Shown here: positions 19,860 through 27,512 of the stretch, piece after piece
Layout of the letters: the number at the start of each line of letters is the position of its first letter
Position numbering within the stretch: position 1 is the first letter of the stretch
Origin: Candidatus Iainarchaeum sp.
GTDB lineage: Archaea; Iainarchaeota; Iainarchaeia; Iainarchaeales; VGJJ01
NCBI GenBank assembly: GCA_043803765.1
Contig: JAZDJQ010000004.1
Span: 14,893-78,892 of the forward strand
DNA length: 64,000 nucleotides
Reading direction: 5' to 3'
The notes under the pieces: model-generated
The model's database searches: none
Seen by the model: the letters and a program-made list of their open reading frames with translations, nothing else
What the model was told of the DNA's origin: nothing
Position numbers and translations under genes: made by a program

Positions 19860-20445
19860 GCAAAGAAGGACGAATCTTTTCCGTACCGCGGGAACCTGCC
19901 GGTTTTCCTAAACCACGATTCTTCTGCCCGGCGGATGTCTTACCTCGAAAAACGCGACCGCCGTGCTGGGGTTCCATAATCCAATTCAAATCCTTGTCTT
20001 TCATCACTCTTGGATTGCGAGGGTCTACCAAAATAACTTCAAAATAGTGTGCACGACCGTCCACTCCCACTTTGTAACTGTTCAACACTTCCATATTAGG
20101 ATAATGCGTTTGCGCACGCTCCTCCGCCATGACTTGAATACTTTTCTTCCGGGTCATGGAAGCAATACCCATACGCTTAGGCTTGCGTGCACGACGAGGA
20201 CGCAAAAACAATCCTCCCCCCCTGCGGACACGAACACGTGCAACCGTAACGCCTTGAATCGCCTTGTATCCTAACGCACGGGCACGCGTAATATTGAATG
20301 GCTTATCCACTTTTACTACGGCACCAAGAGCACGACGATATTCCATCATACGGGAACGATAAATAAGACCGTAATCCGTCTCCCCGGATTGGTCGTGTTT
20401 CCACTCACGCTGAATAGTCTGTTGAACGTGCTTGGTAAAAGTCAT
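19834..20445 (-). CDS. rpl15e: 50S ribosomal protein eL15
   Basis: RARALGYKAIQG, RRARKPKRMG, AEERA, NSYKVGVDG..YFEVILVDP, RVFRGKTSAG. Confidence 0.97.
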   Translation of the reverse strand: MTFTKHVQQTIQREWKHDQSGETDYGLIYRSRMMEYRRALGAVVKVDKPFNITRARALGYKAIQGVTVARVRVRRGGGLFLRPRRARKPKRMGIASMTRKKSIQVMAEERAQTHYPNMEVLNSYKVGVDGRAHYFEVILVDPRNPRVMKDKDLNWIMEPQHGGRVFRGKTSAGQKNRGLGKPAGSRGTEKIRPSLRAHARQGK

Positions 20446-20628
20446 ACAAAGTCTTCTCTAAGCAAAAGGCTCCTGGAAACGCTTTTAAATTGACTTCATG
20501 GAAAAGACCATTCCCCTAGAAGAAATAAGAAAGAATAGAATAAAGCCCCGCTCGCTTGGAAATAGTGTTGTTTTTAGTGATGCATCTTTCCAGGATGGTT
20601 TTTAAGGAGTTGAAAGGGAAAAACAATC

Positions 20629-21651
20629 ATGCACTGCCAACGATGCACACGAGAAGGAGTTATCATCTTGCCCTACGGCCCTCATTTCCTGTGCGAGGAA
20701 CACTTCCTCTATTTCTTTGAACACCGCATCCGAAACGTGACCCGAACGAATGCTTTTTTCAAAAAAGAAGATCGAATCGCTGTTGCCGTATCGGGGGGAA
20801 AAGACTCGGTAGTAGCACTCAATCTTATCAAAAAAATAATGCCACGAAACGAAATAATAGGAATAAGCATTGATGAAGGAATTGAGGGTTATCGAAACAA
20901 GGCGATTGAAGAAGCAATAAAAAATTACAAAAAACTAGACATTCCCTACAAAATTGTCCAACTCAAAAAAGAAATAGGAAACACCATGCAGGAAATCGTG
21001 CAAAAAACAAACGAAAACAAATGGAAGGAAAACAGTTGCACTTTCTGTGGAGTATTCAGGAGAAAATACATCAACAAAACTGCACGTGAAATAGAAGCGG
21101 ACAAATTGGTAACAGGACACAACCTGGATGATGAAGCGCAGAGCATATTGATGAATATCACCACGAATCGGATGGAAAGACTATCCCGAATGGGGCCCAA
21201 AGTGAAAACCATGGAGTTAAAGGAATGGGTTCCCCGAGTAAAACCATTGTACGACAGCCCTGAAGAAGAAGTAGAACTGTTTGCACGAATGATGAGGTAT
21301 CCTTTCTATGGGGACGCATGCTGTCCATTCTCACACGGAGCAGACCGAAATATTTATCGAATGATGATTGACCAAATGGAAATGAAAAAACCGGGAAGCA
21401 AACAGGGAATCATCAAAAGCTTTTTACAAATGAAACCATTCATCGAAAAAATGGACTCCGCTCAACAATTACAATCCTGCAGCACGTGCGGAGATTTAAG
21501 CTCCCAACAAAAATGCCAAGCATGCCAATTCGAAAAACGCATACGTGAAACGGTTATCCGCTCGCCCAGTACAAACCCGCATTCCGACTCTCTGGAAAAG
21601 AAAAAAAAACAAAATGAATTAGTGAGTCCTGCGACCGGTCACTGCGGGTGA
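20629..21651 (+). CDS. tRNA 2-thiolation protein, TtuA/Ncs6 (TIGR00269) family
   Basis: SGGKDS PP-loop, CTFCGVFRR, TGHNLDD, N- and C-terminal zinc fingers. Confidence 0.9.
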   Translation: MHCQRCTREGVIILPYGPHFLCEEHFLYFFEHRIRNVTRTNAFFKKEDRIAVAVSGGKDSVVALNLIKKIMPRNEIIGISIDEGIEGYRNKAIEEAIKNYKKLDIPYKIVQLKKEIGNTMQEIVQKTNENKWKENSCTFCGVFRRKYINKTAREIEADKLVTGHNLDDEAQSILMNITTNRMERLSRMGPKVKTMELKEWVPRVKPLYDSPEEEVELFARMMRYPFYGDACCPFSHGADRNIYRMMIDQMEMKKPGSKQGIIKSFLQMKPFIEKMDSAQQLQSCSTCGDLSSQQKCQACQFEKRIRETVIRSPSTNPHSDSLEKKKKQNELVSPATGHCG

Positions 21652-22301
21652 AGTTGTGTTTTTTTCCCTAATGACTTTATAATATCCTTTAGCCTCGGAT
21701 CCCTGCTGAGTTTTCCTCGAATGAGATAAAACAGACTCCGCACCTGCTGCGGGGTGAGCCCCATCTCACTGATCTCCTTTTTCGTCGGAAAATAACCTTT
21801 CAACATGACATGAACAAAGAAATTGTGTTGTTTAGAGCTTAGGATTTTCTTGGCTACCTTCTTGACAAAATCGAGGGAATCCTTCCATTCCCCCACACGC
21901 GAAGGATTAGTAACCGGGCGAGCCCAAAGAGAACGAATACCTTCTCCCGTTATCTCTCTCGAGGCTGTTCTCTGTTTTTTCATCCTCTTGAGCCACTTGG
22001 GAAGCTCCGAATTCAGAACGATATCGATAAATGTGGTAACCGCCCCACGCGAGGGGTCATACTTTCCAATATATCGCAAAAGCATATTCAACGCTTCCTG
22101 TTCCAATTCCCTGCCTTTAATACCCACTCCTTTCGCACGAGAGTAATAATCATTTTTCTTGCAAAAAGACCTAACATATGAAACATGCTCGGGCAACGTT
22201 TCACGAGTCAGGATTCTTACCCCTCCCCCGCTGGGACGTGGAACCACAGGTCCTCTTTTTCCACTCTTTCCCCGCACAACCCGTTGACGTCGAGGAATCA
22301 T
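21639..22301 (-). CDS. Sigma70-like protein (region 2 plus region 4) with Arg/Pro-rich leader
   Basis: ELEQEALNMLLRYIGKYDPSRGAVTTF and LSSKQ..TKKEISEMGLTPQQVRS..GKL; GGTGG RBS before ATG 22301; TTTAAG TATA-like box upstream. Confidence 0.65.
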   Translation of the reverse strand: MIPRRQRVVRGKSGKRGPVVPRPSGGGVRILTRETLPEHVSYVRSFCKKNDYYSRAKGVGIKGRELEQEALNMLLRYIGKYDPSRGAVTTFIDIVLNSELPKWLKRMKKQRTASREITGEGIRSLWARPVTNPSRVGEWKDSLDFVKKVAKKILSSKQHNFFVHVMLKGYFPTKKEISEMGLTPQQVRSLFYLIRGKLSRDPRLKDIIKSLGKKTQLHPQ

Positions 22302-22387
22302 ATCCAATCCACCTGATGAAATACCATCCGTCCGTTAGATGGACAATTGACCTTAAATGCTTTCCTTGCCACCCTCATTAGGAAGAG

Positions 22388-22459
22388 AGCCCCGTAGTCT
22401 ATCGGCTAGGATGCCACCTTGACATGGTGGAGGGGGCAGTTCGATTCTGCCCGGGGCTA
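22388..22459 (+). tRNA. tRNA-Val(GAC)
   Basis: Acceptor AGCCCCG/CGGGGCT, anticodon arm CCACC-TTGACAT-GGTGG, T loop TTCGATT. Confidence 0.93.
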
Positions 22460-22595
22460 TCTTGTTTTGGCTCATCATCACCTTTTACCCAAAAATGCGT
22501 TCGGATTCTTCCCGGGGTGTTTACAGGCAACCTTTTTATCATTCAAATGGAAGGATTTCCATTCCCCTTTTATTCCACTTATTTCCAATCAACGT

Positions 22596-24053
22596 ATGCC
22601 CAACCAGGAAGCTATCGTAGAGAACATCCGAAAACTCAAGGAAATGGGATTAGAGGACGAAGACCTTGTTCATGAATTGGAGAATAGTGGCATCCCCAAA
22701 ATCCAAGCGGAACGATGGGTAAGGGAATCAAAAAACCTCACAACCAATGAAAGACCACACGAAGAAAACATTACTCCCAAACTCATTCCACCCAAACAAG
22801 AAACCATTCCAACCTATTCCGCACCGCGCCCGCAAGAATCAATTGAAAAATTATGGGAAAAAGGAATTTTGGCAACAGTCGATTCAAAACTATCCCAAAT
22901 GGAGAAATTGAAAAAAGAATTAGACGACGTGATAGAAAAGCGAGTAAATGCACACTACGAGGTTATGGAAAAAAAACTCGAAACATTATTTCAAGCACAA
23001 CGAGAACTTTTTCGCTTTAAGATGGACGCACAGATGGACGCCAAAGTAAAAGACGTGGAAGAAATACTCAACCAAAAAATAGACGAAATACGAAACATCA
23101 ACACGGCAACACAAGAAGACTTGCAACGGATTAAAGGACAGAAAATGATCATCACCGAACTAGTAGCTGACTTAAGCACCAAAACAAAACAATTGGAAGA
23201 AACACGAAGAGAAATAATGGATGAAACGGCAAAAAAACTAGAAGAACTACAAGAAAAAATAGACGCTTTACTTGATGAGACGGATGAACGCATCCGAGGA
23301 GTAGAACACCGGGCAACCAAAACACTAGAATTAGAAGAAAAAATCACCATCGGATTAACCGAACAGGTAGAAACACAAGCAAACCGAATACTCGAAGACC
23401 GAGTAAAAGACTTGAGACAAGAAATAAAGGACGAAATCATTCAACTCAAAAAAATGGGAGCAGACCTATCATCCAAAGATATTCAAGCAACACTGCAGGA
23501 GTTTGCCAATATCAATCTAGAAATGAAAAAAACAAAACAGGATATCGAAGGGATGGTATTACGCAAAAGTACGGATATTGATGCTGCGTTAGAAAAGAAA
23601 ATGATGGACGTAGACAAAATAGTAAACACAAAAATGGAAACCATTGTCACTATGAAAGAAAAAGATTTCTTCAAACGCATCGAAGAACAAGCAGGAGAAA
23701 TGGCTACCGCCCAAAGGGAATTAGGACAAAAACTATTAGAAGGAGAAACAAAAATACAGAATCTAGACACGTATACAAAACAATTCCTTGAAACGCTCAA
23801 AAAAGCAAACCTAGAAAGAGAAGACCAGCTCACCGATTTTAGGAAAAAACTAGAAGAATTCGAATCACGCGCAGGAGAAAAAATGGCACTTCTAGAATCA
23901 CGAACCAAACAACTCGATATTATTGTAAGCCAATTATCCCAACTCATGATTCAATGGAAAACACAAATGGATACAACAAAAGAAACAAATAAAAAACAAG
24001 AAAATCCAGCAACACAAGAAAAGAAAACAGGATTCGGAATATTCGGAAAATAA
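22596..24053 (+). CDS. Long coiled-coil protein
   Basis: E/K-rich heptads over about 400 aa; start ATG 22596 (track start overlaps tRNA-Val). Confidence 0.75.
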   Translation: MPNQEAIVENIRKLKEMGLEDEDLVHELENSGIPKIQAERWVRESKNLTTNERPHEENITPKLIPPKQETIPTYSAPRPQESIEKLWEKGILATVDSKLSQMEKLKKELDDVIEKRVNAHYEVMEKKLETLFQAQRELFRFKMDAQMDAKVKDVEEILNQKIDEIRNINTATQEDLQRIKGQKMIITELVADLSTKTKQLEETRREIMDETAKKLEELQEKIDALLDETDERIRGVEHRATKTLELEEKITIGLTEQVETQANRILEDRVKDLRQEIKDEIIQLKKMGADLSSKDIQATLQEFANINLEMKKTKQDIEGMVLRKSTDIDAALEKKMMDVDKIVNTKMETIVTMKEKDFFKRIEEQAGEMATAQRELGQKLLEGETKIQNLDTYTKQFLETLKKANLEREDQLTDFRKKLEEFESRAGEKMALLESRTKQLDIIVSQLSQLMIQWKTQMDTTKETNKKQENPATQEKKTGFGIFGK

Positions 24054-24182
24054 AAGAAAAGGAGTTTATAGGGCAAAAGGGCAATTTTTAATGGTTTCTC
24101 ACAACTCTTGAAAGGATTGAGCCGATCGGTCTATCAAACGCAAGCAAAGATAGTCTGTTAGCCTCAACCAATAAACGCAGTT

Positions 24183-24254
24183 GGGCGCTTGGCGCAACGG
24201 TAGCGCGCTTCCATGGCATGGAAGAGGTTGGGGGTTCAAATCCCCCAGCGTCCA
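24183..24254 (+). tRNA. tRNA-Ala(GGC)
   Basis: Acceptor GGGCGCT/AGCGTCC with G3:U70, anticodon arm CTTCC-ATGGCAT-GGAAG, T arm GGGGG-TTCAAAT-CCCCC. Confidence 0.95.
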
Positions 24255-24308
24255 TCATATATTTGGATATCGCATCATGATGAATTCTGACAAGCATTTC
24301 TTTTGACC

Positions 24309-24365
24309 GGGCGCGACTTTTCTTTTCTAAAGAAAAGGGGTGCGTTCCGAATCCCCCAGCGTCCA
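24309..24365 (+). repeat. Degenerate partial duplicate of tRNA-Ala (16-bp direct repeat of its 3' end plus GGGCGC 5' end)
   Basis: aatcccccagcgtcca at 24239-24254 and 24350-24365; GGGCGC at 24309-24314. Confidence 0.75.
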
Positions 24366-24366
24366 C

Positions 24367-24705
24367 TTACTCTTTTTTTGAAAAACACGCGCAGGGCTTT
24401 CCACGGAGCCGACGCTTTTGTTCAGCAAGTGAATCAATCAACTCATCCTGGAAAGCAAGCCCTTTGGCGTGGCGCTTTTCCAAAGGAGATTTGTGCGCGC
24501 AGCCCCGTTTCTCCATTTCCACAACCAACGCATCATGACGCTTAAATAAGGCACGCAGTTTCCCCGCCCAGCGCTTTGTTTCGGGATGATGCAAATAACC
24601 TTTCTTTTTGTTCACATAAATTGACCAGATGGCATGCAGTTCGCGGTGCTCCCCAAGCAAGTGGACGCGACAAAGCCGACTAGGTGGAATATCCCAGATA
24701 CGCAC
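24367..24705 (-). CDS. Pyrimidine dimer DNA glycosylase / T4 endonuclease V family
   Basis: MRIWDIPPSRLCRVHLLGEHRELH, HPETKRW, RHDALVVEMEKRG. Confidence 0.85.
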   Translation of the reverse strand: MRIWDIPPSRLCRVHLLGEHRELHAIWSIYVNKKKGYLHHPETKRWAGKLRALFKRHDALVVEMEKRGCAHKSPLEKRHAKGLAFQDELIDSLAEQKRRLRGKPCACFSKKE

Positions 24706-24717
24706 AGATGTATCCGG

Positions 24718-24957
24718 CTACGGAGAAATTAAAAGAATATTATCTCCGCGCAACACGACTTTCCCGTATTTTGTCTTGGGCTGGCCGTTCTCGAGCGATT
24801 CTGCATCCTCAAGCACGAGGTTCATGTGTACATCGAATGCTTTCAACACACCCCGAACGGACATGTTTCCTTTCAATTCAACTAATACGTTTTTTCCAAT
24901 GCTGTCACTCAACCAATCAAATGGACGCGAAACAGAATTGCTTGCGGTATTATTCAT
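24718..24957 (-). CDS. Sm-like archaeal protein SmAP1
   Basis: RPFDWL, LKAFDVHMNLVL (Sm1), VVLRGDNILLISP (Sm2). Confidence 0.95.
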   Translation of the reverse strand: MNNTASNSVSRPFDWLSDSIGKNVLVELKGNMSVRGVLKAFDVHMNLVLEDAESLENGQPKTKYGKVVLRGDNILLISP

Positions 24958-25003
24958 TATTTTTTCCTCCTTTTATCTTGGAAAAGATTCCAAAAAGATG
25001 ATA

Positions 25004-25834
25004 CTATACTTTGACTTCCTCGACACCCGCTGTTTTAGAATGATGCCCACCAAACAACTTAGAAAAGAAACGAATGATTCCAGCAAAAATACCCGGAGAG
25101 CTCTTTGCTTCTGCCTGCACGGGCAATCCTGCCAAACGAGCAGCCAATCGCTGAATCTCAACCGATGACTTGGCTTGAGGATTGCGCAACATCACCGGAT
25201 CCGTCTTGTCACGCTGGAAAGAATGACGCATCTCATCATCATACGGAATGGTGGCATACACTGGAAGTTCCATCATACGCGATACTTCATCCTTTGAAAT
25301 TTCCCCTTTCTCAAAATGAACCATGTTCAACACAACCCCTAATGGTTTACTCCCTAAACGCTGCGCCACAATCTTTGTCTTCAACACATCCGCAATAGAA
25401 GGAGAATCAGGAGTAGCAATAAGCAGGCATTCCTCTGTTGCCGCAATCGACGCAAGAACACTTTTTTCTATGCCCGCAGGACCATCCAACAAAACAAAAT
25501 CAAACTTGTGCTGTATCGCCTTGATAACGCTTGCCAGCCTATCCGCATCCACACGACGATAATTTTCAAGACTCAAACCAGAAGGAATAAGCTTCACACC
25601 CGCAGGACCATCATAAATAGCATCCTGCACCCCCGCTTCGCCTAACAACACATCATGCAACGTAATAGGAGAAGACTGCATTCCTAACAACAAGGAAAGA
25701 TTCGCCATGGCAATATCCGCATCGACTAAACAAACATTCATCCCCCTCTTAGAAAGAGCAATCCCCAAATTGGCGGCGATGCTCGTCTTCCCAACGCCCC
25801 CTTTCCCTGAAACAATCGTGATACTTCTACCCAT
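25004..25834 (-). CDS. minD: MinD-family ATPase
   Basis: SGKGGVGKT, DADIAMANL, LLDGPAGI, C-terminal amphipathic GIIRFFSKLFGG. Confidence 0.9.
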   Translation of the reverse strand: MGRSITIVSGKGGVGKTSIAANLGIALSKRGMNVCLVDADIAMANLSLLLGMQSSPITLHDVLLGEAGVQDAIYDGPAGVKLIPSGLSLENYRRVDADRLASVIKAIQHKFDFVLLDGPAGIEKSVLASIAATEECLLIATPDSPSIADVLKTKIVAQRLGSKPLGVVLNMVHFEKGEISKDEVSRMMELPVYATIPYDDEMRHSFQRDKTDPVMLRNPQAKSSVEIQRLAARLAGLPVQAEAKSSPGIFAGIIRFFSKLFGGHHSKTAGVEEVKV

Positions 25835-25910
25835 ACTCGTTCACCGAACAACGGACGGAATACACTCATAACATACACGGGTCATTTTAAATCATCCCAC
25901 TCAAAGGGGG

Positions 25911-26384
25911 TTATTCCCCATGCGCCTTCAAAAAGGACTCTATTTCCTTCGCCAATGCCTGCAACTCTACTCTCGTCATATCACTCGCTGCCCGAATAAT
26001 GTAGACTTTACCATTGTAGGGGAAAACCATGAACCAGTTTTCCTTATCCTTTATCAAAATAGTCTCGCTTTCCGGGAGCTCGGTTTTAATATAATTAAAC
26101 ATGGCACTCCCAATAATCGCCTCAGAAAAATCATTCCCGTCCGTTGAAATAACAATGCTCCCATTGGGAGAACAAATACAAATGCTATCCACCAAATGCT
26201 TTTTCTTCATACTCTGAATCAAGTCCTGCATGGAAGTCGTGTTCAACTCGAACTTATGACGAGAAAGAAAATGATTAAGCAAATGCATCTGATCTTGAGA
26301 AGGGCCCTCTTCTTCCACATCCAATACTTTGCGTGTTATTCCCCGAACCAATGAACGAACCCTGTGCATCACCATCAATACCAC
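25911..26384 (-). CDS. Hypothetical protein with roadblock/profilin-like C-terminal domain
   Basis: VDSICICSPNGSIVISTD..SAMFNYI..strand-strand-helix pattern. Confidence 0.45.
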   Translation of the reverse strand: MVLMVMHRVRSLVRGITRKVLDVEEEGPSQDQMHLLNHFLSRHKFELNTTSMQDLIQSMKKKHLVDSICICSPNGSIVISTDGNDFSEAIIGSAMFNYIKTELPESETILIKDKENWFMVFPYNGKVYIIRAASDMTRVELQALAKEIESFLKAHGE

Positions 26385-26402
26385 AACCTTTTCCTCACAT
26401 TA

Positions 26403-26903
26403 TTACTTCCCATCAATTCCTGATAAACCAAACTTTTGAAACAATGATTCTTTCGTCTGCGGTAAAGCCGTTTTAGCACTAGAAGAAATTTTTTCCCCAA
26501 GAGTGGAATCATATTCCTCCTTCACAAGAGACTTGAGTTGGCTTTTAGCAAGCGGTTTGGAAAACTTGATTGACGCATTAAACGCAGTAACCAAATCCAC
26601 TTGCTGCACCGACAAATCCATCACATCAATCACACCACTCTTAGAAGCAAAAGCATTGAACACATGAACAAGAGAATCATCCCCATTCAACGTAGCATGA
26701 GAACCATAATACTCATACGATGCACCAATTCCCTGACCATTCCTAAACAATAAAGCAGATTCCTCAATACCATTCAAGCCCAGCAACGTTTCAATCGTGT
26801 AACCGGAAAAATTATTCAATGAAAGATTTTCCAACTCCTGCCTCGCAGGAAAAGAAACAATCGACTTCCCTGCCGTCCGCAATACGCCCGTGGGTAGATT
26901 CAT
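26403..26903 (-). CDS. DUF2226-like protein
   Basis: MNLPTG, FSGY..LLFRNG..GASYEY, GVIDVMDLSVQQVDL..FN pattern; upstream of minD. Confidence 0.5.
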   Translation of the reverse strand: MNLPTGVLRTAGKSIVSFPARQELENLSLNNFSGYTIETLLGLNGIEESALLFRNGQGIGASYEYYGSHATLNGDDSLVHVFNAFASKSGVIDVMDLSVQQVDLVTAFNASIKFSKPLAKSQLKSLVKEEYDSTLGEKISSSAKTALPQTKESLFQKFGLSGIDGK

Positions 26904-27042
26904 AGATGGTTAACCCTCAAATAGGGCTAACGATTACTAGATTATTAAGCATAAGGGGTCTATTTATCCCAATAAAGAAGGCGGAACCCGCATTCCTTAA
27001 AAATAAACCGCACCCGTCCTCTATCACCCAAGTGAACAACGC

Positions 27043-27432
27043 ATGAGCGAAATCAAATTTGTGAACGTAGGGCATTTACGCGAAGGAGGATATGTCATGA
27101 TTGACGGATTCGTCTGCCAAATCAAAGACATGGAAAAATCCAAACCCGGAAAACATGGAAGCGCAAAAGCACGCATCACCGCCATCGGCGTATTTGACAA
27201 TCAAAAAAGAAACCTCATGGCGCCCGTACACGCGGACGCAGAAGTACCCGTAGTTGAAAGAGGAAACGCCCAAGTGGTTGCCGTCATGGGAGGACAAATC
27301 CAAATAATGGACGTGACAACATACGAAACACACAACGTGGCAAAACCCGCTGAACTAAAAGACCTAAAATCAGGAGACGAAGTAGAATACCTACGATACG
27401 ACCTGAACTTTAAGATATTACGAAAGAGATAA
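27043..27432 (+). CDS. eif5A: Translation factor aIF5A
   Basis: SKPGKHGSAKARI hypusine loop. Confidence 0.97.
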   Translation: MSEIKFVNVGHLREGGYVMIDGFVCQIKDMEKSKPGKHGSAKARITAIGVFDNQKRNLMAPVHADAEVPVVERGNAQVVAVMGGQIQIMDVTTYETHNVAKPAELKDLKSGDEVEYLRYDLNFKILRKR

Positions 27433-27512
27433 AAAAAAATTGCGTCGCTATTCCAGGCAAGGAAGCGAAAAAGGTATATAAAGAAAGGGCGGCTCTTTCC
27501 CAACGATTCAGC

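Noticed and set aside
21601-21651. TtuA C-terminal overlap with the sigma-like gene as a regulatory feature
   Set aside because: The overlap depends on an A9 run; A8 would end the gene at about 21622, so it may be another homopolymer error
22419-22595. N-terminal 59 aa of the 544-aa ORF
   Set aside because: It overlaps tRNA-Val and has non-coding-like composition; true start is likely 22596
24276-24295. ATGATGA..CTGA resembling C/D box sRNA motifs
   Set aside because: The boxes are only 3 nt apart, leaving no guide region
24183-24365. Bona fide tmRNA
   Set aside because: The element is far too short, has no tag-reading frame or pseudoknots, and no SmpB is in view; only a tRNA-like mimic is reported
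24088-24366. 92-aa minus-strand ORF with a repeated MDAGGF
   Set aside because: It is the antisense of tRNA-Ala and its duplicated 3' end
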